From Oopsacas minuta (Eukaryota > Animalia > Porifera): a stretch of DNA of 64,000 nt. This document shows positions 1 to 11,503 of this stretch, one piece after another. The DNA is taken from contig JAKMXF010000310.1 of assembly GCA_024704765.1 (NCBI GenBank), positions 1,044,967-1,108,966 of the forward strand. Reading direction: 5' to 3'. The translations under genes and the position numbers were made by a program. Numbering within the stretch: the stretch's first letter is position 1; each line of letters begins with the position of its first letter. A model generated the notes under the pieces. It searched no databases and had not been told where the DNA came from. It saw only the letters and a list, made by a program, of their open reading frames with translations.

Positions 1-915
1 CGACTTGAACTCAGTGCCAAACACATTACTCAAATACAAAAAACTGAATTATATCAAAAGATCACAGAAATATTATCGCGAACCACGCTCGCGAAATTTT
101 ATGTACCAAAAGATTCACATAAAAAGTGGGGCGGCTCAGGCCGCCCCAGCTTCGCCGGCCCGAGTCCTAGTCCAGAATTTACCCTGGCATAATCTGTCCT
201 AGTCTAGATAACTATTAAGTGGTTGATTGATGCAAACTATTTTCATGCTAAATCTATTATGCTATTAATAAAATCAGGTGGAGCTCCAAACTCACGATTG
301 AAGCACTAAAGTTCTGATATATTCCCTAAAATTAAATCAGTGATAGTCCTCCTATATTACATTGATCCATACACTCGAAATTGTTCCCAACAGTGTATCT
401 TACTGTAGATAGAGGTTATTTTTGAAATAATGCTAGTTCTATGGGCATGAGTCAGCTTAGCCACCCCACTTTCCATGGGATTCCTCCTATCCTTTAATGG
501 ACAATGTCGTTACTTGTTAGAACAAGAATTTATTGTTATTTGGTATACTAGACTAAAGGCATGAAAATGTGGTTAATACTGAGATAACTATGTGAATTTT
601 AACTTTCAGGCTCTGAAAAACTCAAAATCAGACACTAAGCGTGTTTTAGATTAGAGAGAGAAAGGCTATTTAGATAATAAATAATCAATTTTGCATACTA
701 CTTAATTAGAAATTTAGATATGATGGCTAAGATATGAGATACAAGATAGTTAGATAGCAATTAATATACGTGATCAATTATCAATTCTGGAGTAACACTA
801 AACCGGATAGATCTCTAAGGTCCAACGGAATCCGGATTACACACTCTATACTGCATGTTAGTACAATTTTAATATTGATTATTAAGAAATTGGTTCCTAT
901 GTAGTATTAGCTTAC

Positions 916-1151
916 TTGTCATCCAATAGTTGCATAAATAGAATCTGATCAAATCTTGTTGGTGCATTGATAGAATCGAGTAACTGTAGTCTAATTGTTC
1001 GAGGAATAGAATTGTTTGGCTCAGAGGCAATGTTTCTGTATAAGAACGTTCCCAGAAAAGATTGATAATCATCTATTCCAGCCTCTCCGGTAATAGTCAC
1101 ATTGGTAGAATAATTCCCAGAAACAAGTAAAGGAGGAAAACTCGATTCAAA
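916..1151 (-). CDS. Host gene exon J (phase 0->2): FESSFPPLLVSGNYSTNVTITGEAGIDDYQSFLGTFLYRNIASEPNNSIPRTIRLQLLDSINAPTRFDQILFMQLLDD(aa)
   Basis: Acceptor atcttttccaacag and donor aa|gtaagc; 236 nt; overlaps ORF 912..1100. The gene probably continues beyond the left edge. Confidence 0.9.
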
Positions 1152-3431
1152 CTGTTGGAAAAGATATTCAATAACATGTGATACAATAAATATCTAATTT
1201 AGCCTGTGCTTAATTTTAATTAAACTAAAGCAAAAGGAATGTTGAAAAAATTAAATTCTACAAAATAATCCAGTTCAGCAAGAAATTGTTCAAATTGGTA
1301 TAATATGATCGTGTTATGATTAGATCAGGGCTCAATTCATTTCTTTTAAGGAAAGACCAAAAAGATATTCGAGGTAAGTTTCATGGACTAAATTGTATTT
1401 TTCTAAGCCTAGATTGAGTTTTGTGATGCAGGTTAGAGTTTTAGGTTGCAGCTGTTCTCAGGATTTATTCTCACTTATTTATTATATGATCGTAATATTC
1501 ATGATGAACACAAAGGAAGGGCCGAGTTCGCCAGAAATCGGCTCTCGATTGGTTCCAGGTTGAGAAAATTTGGTCCGGGTTGGTCTGGGTTGGTGCAAGT
1601 TGGGCTAAGATTCCCTACCTTGTTGAGAAATTCGGTTATGTGCCTGAACAACAAATTGACAACGAATTTGATCTTCGTGTTGTGATTAATACAGCATACC
1701 TGTATTAATATTTTGTTTCCGAATATGAAATTTCAACACATTGAGACCTCAAGGTTAAATAATTGCACCAAAGTTTGTGAATTGAACAAATTTAGGGAAC
1801 AAGTTAAAACTATTACCTAAAAAGTTCAAACGGCCATCATTGAATATTTAATCGAATATTTTTGTAAAATATGAATTAAATAAATTTAATGCTAACATTG
1901 TTTAAATTTGTTCTTGTACTTCACACTCAAGATAAATATTTTTAACGCTAGATCATTCGAAAATTCTCAATATATACAAAATGAACAGAAATGAATATAT
2001 TCATCAAAAATTTATGAATTTTCAAAGAAATGATTTGAAGATCTGTTCAGAAAGCGTTCTAAAGAAATGTGCATTTAAATTTATAATTAAAAATAAATTT
2101 CAACATGGAGTCAAAGTCCGAAGTGTTTAAGCCCGCCCTTTTCAAGCACTTGTCGACTGATTTATAATCAAAGTACGTAACTCTCTTGTATGTATACTTA
2201 TAGAAGTAACACAATAAGCTTTCTTAAATGTATTATTTTCAATATATCAGGGGTTTCCAAAGAATGGCGAATGAGATAAGCTGAACTTAACTCTTTGTCA
2301 AGGGCTTGACCTTGTACTTGGACTTAAGCCCGTTAGAAAGGGGTGACCCAATGCCTGACTGACTCAATATGAATGAATAGAGCTGGAGGACAATAATTCT
2401 ACGAAAACATGAGTGTTTGCACAAGTCAATATGACGTCAGGGGATTAATTGAATAGTCCTAACTCCATTAATATATAAGATAGAATAATACTAGCAATTG
2501 AGTAATGAGAGCAAGGTACGTTTTTCAAATTTTGAGAATTCGAAAAATACATCCAACAATAAAGTTTGGACGCACTTACAAATTATCCCAAATGTTTAGT
2601 TAAGTTGTCATGATGTCACGGCATAACTAGAATACTCCCTTACACCATTTTGTATAAGAGATAGAATAATACTAACAATTGTTGAAATATAGTAAAAAGG
2701 ACAGGGTTTTACACAACTTATTTGAATCGTCATAATTTTACTCACCTTTATTTTACTGTTCCGACTATACTTTAGTATAGTGGCCCAGTATTGAAATGGT
2801 TGCCTATATGGCGTAAGAAATATTGAAGATATTCGTAAGGTCTGAGCAGACACCAAGTGCCACTATTTCACACTGGTCAAACTTTTGTCTGGCCTCAAGC
2901 AAAAAATTATGAAAGGAAACCTGCCAAATTTTTCACACCATTCGAAAGAGAAAAAATCTACACCTTCGTACTCCTCTAGAATTTATATTGGTTCCAGTTT
3001 TTTGCTGAAAGTATTCATTATATAGCATTATGTCATCGGTAATAATTCTATTGTTCTTAGATGTTAAATATTTATTAGTTAAACAATATGGATTCATTGA
3101 ATATCTAAGTTTAACAGTTGCTTTAATTATTTTATAATGTTTACGAATAAAATATTTTTCAAATTAATAATGAATAATTTAAAAGATATATATTTCCCCG
3201 AATATATAACCTTTGAATAATCGTAGAAAATTGTTCCAAACAGCAAAAGGGGGTAATTCAATACGCTGATTCCGAATTTGTACCGATGAAATCTTCTCCA
3301 GTATTCCCTTTTACTAATATTATTTAGTCAACTGATAAATAACTTTTACAAACAAATTGAATATTATAATAACTGGATAATCATAGTAAATAGTAAATAT
3401 ATCGTTAATGTAGTCCTTCGCAGAGCGAGGA

Positions 3432-3626
3432 AAAAATATAAAATTACAACCTGTTTCCGACAGCTTAGTCTATTAATTAAATGTTTAAAAAGTGGCACTA
3501 TTAATTGGAGGCACTATATGTAATGAGATTAAAACCTACCTCCCTTGGTACTTACAATTAATAGCACTTTTTAAACATTTAATTAATAGACTAAGCTGTC
3601 GGCACAGGTTGTAATTTTATATTTTC
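3432..3626. mobile_element. Long-arm foldback element (family A)
   Basis: Inverted arms of about 62 bp (AAAATATAAAATTACAACCTGT...TTAGTCTATTAATTAAATGTTTAAAAAGTG). Other copies at about 4235-4385, 20535-20715 and 24950-25115. Confidence 0.75.
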
Positions 3627-4731
3627 ATATTTTTATATGTGTACACTCCCCTGGCCAGACCAATAGTGTTCAGAGCACAAAGTTATACTCAAAATTACAC
3701 ATAATCTCATAAGGGTAGATTTAAGTTAAATATTTCCTGCAAGACATTACGACACAATTATCCCACCATCTATACTACCAGCAAAAATTTATCCATAATT
3801 TCTTGACCAAAATACATTCTTAAGATTCACAAAGAAATTCTTCAGATATAAGCTCTTCAAAAATTTGAAATCACTCTCAGCTTTCCCACAAATTAAAGAA
3901 ATATACGCCACTATCCAACCATAATGGCATCAAAAATTGGTCCGAATAATTAATATAATGTGTTACGTATAAGACTCTGCCTTAACTATAATTATTTTAA
4001 GTAAATTATTTAGAAATGTATTAATAAAGTTGTTTTTCAATAGGCTTGAATAATACAGAAAAAATGTAATATGGATTCAGTTAGATAGATTGAATATCTA
4101 AGTATAATTAACGGTAGCTTGAGTAATATATATTATATTTATTATTAAAATATATTTCAAAATAACGATGGATAAATAATATATAGGCAACCATTTCAAT
4201 ACTGGGCCACTATACTAAAGTATAATCGTCACAGTAAAATATATAATTACAACTTGTGCCGACAGTTTAGTCTATTGCTTAAATTTGTTTAAAGTGGCAC
4301 TATGTGTATTTGGTTATATTTAATTTTATAGTGCCATTCAACAAATAGACTAAGCTGTCGGCACAAGTTGTAATTGTACATTTTTGCTCGCTACGCTTGC
4401 AATTTATTGTAAAATTAAATAAAACATTATAATATTGTCAAATTATCGAAATCTCACAAATGAAAAATGTTGCCATGTCATCATTACTCTACTATGGTGA
4501 CGTCATTATTATCCTAAGAAATGTATCCCATTTAGCATCTACTACATTTCATCAAATGCAAGTACAGTATGTCCAATAATTATTGCAACACATCATTATT
4601 TCTATTTCAACCACTGCTATAGTTCTAGTTGATAAGTAGTAGTTACTGTACTAATATAGAAAGTTAATTGGTATCTATTTGAAGATAAATCTGAGTAAAC
4701 ACAATGGGATTATATTTTTTGCTAATGAGGA

Positions 4732-4757
4732 TGACGTCATTATTTATGATGACGTCA
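4732..4757. promoter_or_regulatory. Two tandem CRE-like palindromes (TGACGTCA) about 80-100 bp upstream of the transposase ATG
   Basis: TGACGTCA at 4732-4739 and 4750-4757, within a GATGACGTCAT direct repeat. Function not shown. Confidence 0.4.
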
Positions 4758-4832
4758 TCATTTAGTACCTTTCATCATAAATTAGAAAATTCTCTTACCT
4801 TTTAGCTGAATAATTTAGCATTTAGCGTTGAT

Positions 4833-5816
4833 ATGGCTCAAGAGGTGATGAGAGAAAAGATCAAAACTCTATTGATTGGCGATAAACATACACCTACTGA
4901 AATCTCACGCATTTTAGATGTTGATCGAGGGACAGTTTACAGGGTTAAAAAAAGGCTCCAAACAAATATGACCCTTAAACACAAAAGAGGCGGTGGTAGA
5001 CCAAATTTACTCGGCAATTCAATAAAATATACAGCTACTCAGTTCATCAAATCGGATCCAGAGACTAGTGTACGTAAACTTACAACCAGGATAACTAAAA
5101 CAAAGAAACTGACTGTCAGTAAAAGTACAGTCCATCTTACTCTTCAGAAACTGAAATACTCTAAGCCATTTCCTGTCCAGATTCCATTGCTATCTGAAAA
5201 AAATCGTCTCTTCAGAATTGAATGGGCACAGAAAAACAAATTTAAACTGTGGTGTAGAGCTGTGTTTGCAGATGAAGCCTCTTTCTGGCTTAATCGTGGG
5301 AAGGTTCGAATGTGGACAAAATCTGGAAAAAAACGATCACAAAAAACTACCAAACACTCACCGAAAATACACATATGGGCTGCATTTTCGTCTTTCGGTA
5401 CCTTCCCATTGTGCATATTTCGTCAGAATTTGGATGCACAATTCTTTGTTAAGATCCTTGAATGGCATCTTCTTTCGCAGGCTGAGGCTTTCCACGGAAA
5501 TAGATGGTTTCTCGTTCAGGATAATGATCCAAAGCACCGTTCAAAATTAGCCCAACAATGGATCTCAGAAAAAATGCCAAATAATGTATTTCAATGGCCC
5601 AGTCAATCACCAGACCTTAATCCGATAGAAAATCTATTCGGCTGGTTGAAAAATCAAGTTGTAAAACAACATGCCAAATCACTAGCTGAGCTTGAAAAGT
5701 GTATCCAAACAATTTGGGATTCTCTCACACCCGAATTTTTGGAACACTATTGGAAGTCTATGAAGCGTAGATGTCAGATGGTCGCAGAAAACGATGGAAA
5801 TAAGATCAAATATTAA
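4833..5816 (+). CDS. Tc1-like transposase, 327 aa
   Basis: N-terminal HTH with GRP motif and second HTH. Catalytic motifs VFADE, QDNDPKH and WPSQSPDLNPIEN. 35 residues lie between the second D and the E (counted from the codons). Confidence 0.97.
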   Translation: MAQEVMREKIKTLLIGDKHTPTEISRILDVDRGTVYRVKKRLQTNMTLKHKRGGGRPNLLGNSIKYTATQFIKSDPETSVRKLTTRITKTKKLTVSKSTVHLTLQKLKYSKPFPVQIPLLSEKNRLFRIEWAQKNKFKLWCRAVFADEASFWLNRGKVRMWTKSGKKRSQKTTKHSPKIHIWAAFSSFGTFPLCIFRQNLDAQFFVKILEWHLLSQAEAFHGNRWFLVQDNDPKHRSKLAQQWISEKMPNNVFQWPSQSPDLNPIENLFGWLKNQVVKQHAKSLAELEKCIQTIWDSLTPEFLEHYWKSMKRRCQMVAENDGNKIKY

Positions 5817-6589
5817 TCTTTAGTGTATTCTCAACAAGTAGACATAAAATTAGATCATATACTTTCATATTTATTGTTTCTGGGTTACGCTAGGAAATCT
5901 CCCTAGTGTTGCAATAATTATTGGACATACTGTATTATTCTATCTCATATACAAACGGAGTTACAAGTTCTGTTTTCAGATAATAAGTTTCAGCTCAGAA
6001 AATGAGCGCTTTGCTGTTGCATTAGTTCTCATCAGTGACAAATATATACGCATTGATAATCTGGCCCTGCTCACCAGACCCTGACTACTTGGGGCTCCTG
6101 ACGAAATCTGAGAAATATGTGCACAGTGGTTTATTCGCTTCTATTAGGGGAAATTTTCATATTTAAATCTTGTTAATGTATATATTGAGAAAGATTAGAA
6201 ATATGTAGGAGGTGTATCCAAATCTACAATTGCTTTTTATCTGAATCAACTTACATGAGTGTTGTACTATCTCAAAGTCTCAACAAATTATGTTAATTTT
6301 CTATGCTTAAAATTTGTGATGATAAAGCATAATTAAAAGTAATATAATGTGAATAATGCGAACATATTTTGTTGTGAACAAAACTTTGTCGCAATTTCTC
6401 GTACTATTCAGGATACTACACACATGACTGACTACCTAATAAAACTACTCTATAAATATTTATTCAGCGAAGTTCAGGGAAACCAAAATAATACCAACAT
6501 TCCATTCTATACTTTTGGTTACTATGGTATGTCAAGCTAAATGTTACTATGTTGATGTAATGTTTAACTGAACTATTATTCACAAGTCC

Positions 6590-7330
6590 ACTTTCATTCT
6601 CGATGACACGAGTTTCGTCAATTTGTAGATTCAAGAAATTCATCAGAGTAGTGACACTTTCAATGTTCTCTTTTTGAGATAGCAATGCGATTGGCTGGTT
6701 GGAGAATCTAGAATTTGGGTATTGATTAGACCAGATAAAATTTCCTTGATAATCTTTCAATTCAAGAGGAGAAACCATAAACAAGAGAAAATGTGAACGA
6801 TCACGAGCTATTTGAGATCTAAGATTAGGCACACTGTGACTTTCCAACCCATCTACACCATGTTTAACCATAAAGTTGAGCGGGTACAATAGGGGTTCTT
6901 CAATAGATTGTATAGAGTGTGATGCTACGTCACAAGAGATTTACTATGTTGTCAATGTAGTTAACTATTACTCCAATTGGTTTTGATACTGATGGGTAAT
7001 TGGAATGGAGGTATTAGAGCTGTACGAAAATTACGAATTTTAGACCAACTGGCTGATTTTGGCTGGAGTTTCACTACTTGTAATATAGTCCTGACGCTTA
7101 AGAACTATTTGTTCAAGATTATTTTAGAACTGATCTTGGGCATTGCTTATCTAAGCCGAGTACACCTCAAATGGTGGTTTTTCACATCTTTTGAGAACGT
7201 TAGTATTGTTAGTCGATTTCAAGTTTTTCTCCAATTATTCTACTTGCCAAATTGACATCTACTTCAGCATTTCGATTGCCCTGTTTAGTATCCAGAAATA
7301 TTTCATTTACTTCATGAAGTGTAAATTACA
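6590..7330 (-). pseudogene. Transib/RAG1-like DDE transposase fragment
   Basis: The open stretch (about 6935 to 6590) encodes VKHGVDG...HS, F.VSPLEL and IWSNQYPNSRFSNQPIALLSQKE. These match the Transib/RAG1 core around the first catalytic Asp. A decayed upstream region extends to about 7330. Confidence 0.7.
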
Positions 7331-7599
7331 TTTTACAGCTTTGTATGCTATAATTTATGTGAAATAATTTATATACACTAATTTAGGTTGAAATATATAT
7401 TTATTTTTGTAGTTGACAAAATATATCACATTCCTATACAACATATCCGAATCACAATATTATGCTTCATGCAAGATTGGGATACGATTCTTCGATAACT
7501 AACACATTGCCTAGTTACAAGTATTCGTTATTGAAACAAGATACTTTTAAGAATATCCTATAAAGTCATGAATTATAAGAAACGAAATAAATTTGAATA

Positions 7600-8242
7600 T
7601 TTTGGAAATTAACTATGACGTCATAATTTTCAAATGCTAACTCATTCTCAAAATCTGACATGCCAAAATAAATTGTCTTTAGTTAAACCCCAGTAGCCAA
7701 AATTCAGCTGAAAATAATTAAAATTGTTGAAGTTATAGCCTACTGGAAATATTTCCCCAAAATAACCCACTGTGATATGTGAAAACTAAGTTGTCTTTCA
7801 GTGAAGACCTATAATACGTATTTTATATAATACCCATTATACGTTTAATCTACAATTTTTGGTGACTTAACTTCTATTTGATCGATTTCTGAAATAGACA
7901 TTTAGCATGAAAACAGTGGTTATCGAACTGTTAATGAAAATCTCAGCTTAGTTGACCAAATTTTAAAATACTTGATAATTCTGTGATGTATACAAGTCTA
8001 AAAATGTGAAGTCTGGTTTTTCGAGATTAATCTATACGTATAATACGTTTAATAGGTATTATACGGTATACTCGTATTAAACAACTTAGTATGAAATATG
8101 ATTAATCACTGACAGAGATTGAAAATGTTAAAATTGGTATCTACATATTCTATTACACCTCAGTAGAAGTAAAACGAAATATCAGGCACGTAGTGCCGAG
8201 TATATTCTGTCGCACAGCGACGTAGCAAGTGAAGCGTGCTAG
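7600..8242 (+). mobile_element. Helitron 3' portion (H1-related)
   Basis: GTCGCACAGCGAC hairpin 8209-8221, then CTAG|T 8239-8243. The left boundary is approximate. Confidence 0.6.
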
Positions 8243-8523
8243 TTATAATTAATTCATATAGATTTTAACATCATTGATCCATCTAATCATATTTATTAGG
8301 GTGAATCTTGATGAGTTTAGAAATTAACAGCCATAAGAGTGGTTGACATTCCTCTTTGGGGTTGCTGAAAATTTCCCTGCGGTTGTTAGCAACCCTTATA
8401 CTTCGGACTAGCATCTCCAGTAGTCCAGGGGTTGCTGACAGTAGCTATAGCCTTGGGGTTGCTAACAATCCCATAGCTACGCATATGCAAACAGCCCTGA
8501 CTAAAAATTAGTGCTATGGCATG

Positions 8524-8977
8524 CAGAGGCGCCAAAACTAGAGGTGGAGGCTGGGTTTTGACCCACCCTGATATTTTGAGGGTGGGTTTTACCAATTCTT
8601 AGTTTGTGAATTAATTAGGTCAATATGTATATAAATCGTAGTCAATACAGGAATCCTTCGTCGTTTGCGGTGGTTATGTTCTTGAAAATTTTTAACATAT
8701 ATATATACAGTTGAACCCGTTAATACGAATACGAACGGACGGTCAAAATTTGTTCGCCTTATCCGGAGTTCGTATTAACCGTAGTAATATCAAATGAATA
8801 CAAATGATAGGGTCCTGATTTTGTGGAATTTTTTTTGTTTTATTCGGAAATTCGTCCTAACCGTGTTCGTATTAACGAGAGTCTACTGTATGTAGAAATT
8901 ACTTACAATTTCATGATATCTATTTGAGGTTCAAATGTTTCCACCCACCCTGACACAAATTAATTCCGACGCCAACG
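8524..8977. mobile_element. hAT-like MITE containing a nested Tc1/pogo MITE
   Basis: Perfect 8-bp direct repeat ATGGCATG on both flanks; TIRs weak. A relative lies at about 35330-35790. Confidence 0.6.
8708..8888. mobile_element. Tc1/pogo-type MITE
   Basis: TA flanks; TIR CAGT(T/A)GA...CGTTAATACGAA. Confidence 0.75.
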
Positions 8978-9267
8978 ATGGCATGTATAGGGTAAGATTG
9001 TTTTTACTCCTCAATTTAATCTCATCAAAATCATAAGTCTAGAGGAGCGCCGGCGCTCCTAGATAATTCATTGTTGGCAACCACATAGAAGGAATGCTAG
9101 CTACTTTTCTGGTAGGAAGTTCAATACAAACTTACCCAATGGTGTGCTTTCGATTTAAAGTATGTTCGAATCAGGCGCTAGTTAATATAAATGTGACAGG
9201 AAATATTAGTTGCCCGTTGAAAATAGGATAAATATAAACACTATGAATAGTTTGATGAGAAACTTAC

Positions 9268-9499
9268 ATAAATAAATTCCTGATATAAATCAAGTGGTCC
9301 AATGAGTGTAATAATTGCGGAAGACATAATGTAATCCCCATCACAAGTAATGTCGTGGTCAAAGAGAATCAATCTTGGAAAAATAGAAACAAAATTGGCT
9401 CCTTCAGTATATTCAATTGTAGCAGGTGGAGAGATAACAACTGGAGCATTATCATTATTCCCAATCAAAATAACGGTATAGTTCAGCTGAGCAAGAAAT
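9268..9499 (-). CDS. Host gene exon I (phase 2->0): (I)FLAQLNYTVILIGNNDNAPVVISPPATIEYTEGANFVSIFPRLILFDHDITCDGDYIMSSAIITLIGPLDLYQEFIY
   Basis: Acceptor ...atcatgtctag after a long pyrimidine tract and donor tat|gtaagt; 232 nt. NDNAP linker; lies inside ORF 9241..9606. Confidence 0.9.
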
Positions 9500-9603
9500 C
9501 TAGACATGATTTGATAAGAAGGATAAAAGATTTCAAAGATATAGGAAGAATAAATAGACTTGTTTGAGCACGAGAAAGAATATAAATAAATATTGTAATG
9601 AAT

Positions 9604-9659
9604 CACCTAAATCTTAAGACATGCCAAGGGTTCCCCTGGCATGTCTTAAGATTTAGATG
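9604..9659. repeat. Near-perfect hairpin: 27-bp arms, 2-nt loop, 2 mismatches
   Basis: CACCTAAATCTTAAGACATGCCAAGGG-TT-CCCCTGGCATGTCTTAAGATTTAGATG. Confidence 0.9.
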
Positions 9660-9776
9660 GTTCATTTTTAAGTGCCATAATTATTTTGATGTGCCATGTA
9701 ATATTTGTTTGGATCCGACCTTGACTCACTGACTCAGTATATATTGCTCAACAAATTATGTTTTGTTAACCGAATA

Positions 9777-10386
9777 TCTATACTATTAAAACGCAATTAA
9801 TTTATGTGTATGTTCGTATGTCGAGAATTGATTGAAGAAACTGGAAGCCCCCAGCACTGATTTTGGCATACAGGGGTATTTTGGGGCTGGATCAGGCAAG
9901 TTTGGATCTTGGACGAAATTCGACCTATGACGAAATTATAACGTCATTGTCACCTTTTTGGATCTTCGAAAAATCACATTTTTCACCACTGCTTAGCCAA
10001 TAAACATGATAGAAGTTTGAAATTTGAATCACGGGTAGTCCTCAATGTGACAAATGTCTGACCAAAAGCTAGTTCATCATGGGATTATTACATCAACAAG
10101 ACTGTACAAAAAATCTAAATTGTCAAATTTCGAAAAAATTCAGAATTATTTAATACCTGAGGCGAGATTACTAACTAAAAGTGATATAGCATCTCCAGTA
10201 TCACCACAGAAGGCTATTGAATTGAATTTGGATTGACAATGGAAGATAAAATCTTTCTGCTATGTCATAAATCCGAGGCACGAAGTGTTGAATTTATCCC
10301 GTCGCGTAGCGACCAGACCACTAAGAAATGAATCTGTTTAATACTTAATCTAACCTGAGGAAATACGCAGTTGTGCAGCGCGCTAG
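9777..10386 (+). mobile_element. Non-autonomous Helitron family H1
   Basis: A|TCTATACTATT 5' end, GTCGCGTAGCGAC hairpin (about 10301-10313) and CTAG|T at 10383-10387. Body shared with other H1 copies. Confidence 0.75.
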
Positions 10387-10697
10387 TATTTGATAAACCG
10401 AATCTTATCGATTATCAAAATTCGTTACTCTGGTAATGTCTCTCTCTATAAGTACTACGTAATGCATAACTAGTTAGAAGATTTTCACTCATTCTAAATT
10501 TTTGATAATTTTCTACACTAGCTTTAGTTAGAGAAACTTCTTCCAAACCTGGCAACGCTATTGCTGTGGATAATTCCATAAGTTTATACGGGTTTTTTAA
10601 TGTAATTTATCATTTTAGGAAAAAAGAAAATAACACAAAAAGGATGAAATGGTACTTACAGTTCTTAGTCGAATTGGTCAGAAAGCGTATTGAATAG

Positions 10698-10991
10698 CAG
10701 GGTTTCCGTGGGAAAGAGGATTACTATAAAACCATGGATTCTCTGGATTAAGCCCTGTGCATTCTAACTCTTTTTCCCTTTCACTGTAATTCTGTCTCAG
10801 GTATATCCCTTCCCTTTAGTAATTAATACAACATTGATCCCCCTTAAACATCCGTAGGCAAGTAGCGTGGAAATTCAATAGGAAACGCCATAGGATTTAC
10901 CATATTGGCAAAACCAATGAGAATTCCCACAAAAATCCTATGGGAATGGAATGGGAATGGCAATTGTAATTCAGTTCCCAAAGCAACCCTG
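10698..10991. mobile_element. hAT-type MITE
   Basis: CAGGGTT termini with 8-bp TSD TTGA(A/C)TAG and GGGAAT-rich interior. Confidence 0.7.
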
Positions 10992-11344
10992 TTGACTAGT
11001 AAATTTGTACAATGTGTTTAAAGTATTAGCAAATATAAATCCTTGAAAATGTAAAGGTGTGAATTTAGTTTCTGTTCGAATGTTTTGCAATGGTATAATA
11101 ATATGGTAAATGCCACAAATAATTGATAGGTGTCAAGTTTTCTCCGCTGAAATCGGTTCAACTAGGAAAGGGATGATCCCAGCATAATGCAGCAGATTAA
11201 CTCAAAATATAAAGGTATTGTGCATTTTAGGTATATTATTTCATGGTTCCGGATTCCGAGGTTGCTCTGCCAGACACATATGTATATGAGGTAAAGAAAA
11301 TAACATTTCAAGTATAAATCACAAAAATAAACGCTCATCATTAC

Positions 11345-11503
11345 ATTCCATCAAAAACTTGGATATTGATAATCCTCCAATTCGGGCAAGAGAATTCAGA
11401 ATCGTTAAAAAGTAGAGTTAAAGAATCGATCAAAGTGTTGTATTCAGCCACAGTCCGAGATCCATTGAAGTAAACTGAAGAATTTTGGGATTCCATAGAT
11501 ATT
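11345..11503 (-). CDS. Host gene exon H (phase 2->2): (G)ISMESQNSSVYFNGSRTVAEYNTLIDSLTLLFNDSEFSCPNWRIINIQVFDG(at)
   Basis: Acceptor cccattactttttag and donor at|gtaatg; 159 nt. G..TVAEY..L and R.I.I.VFDG motifs. Confidence 0.88.

Larger units (their letters stand above)
4565..5932 (+). mobile_element. Intact Tc1-like (IS630-Tc1-mariner) DNA transposon, 1368 bp, DD35E
   Basis: Perfect 27-bp TIRs CAGTATGTCCAATAATTATTGCAACAC (4565-4591 and 5906-5932), TA on both flanks, uninterrupted transposase ORF. Confidence 0.97.

Noticed and set aside
1-915. Search for the next downstream host exon
   Set aside because: All candidate acceptors lead to stops within a few codons; the exon probably lies outside the window.
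5144-5550. Overlapping ORFs 5144..5416 (-) and 5218..5550 (+)
   Set aside because: Shadow frames of the Tc1 transposase.
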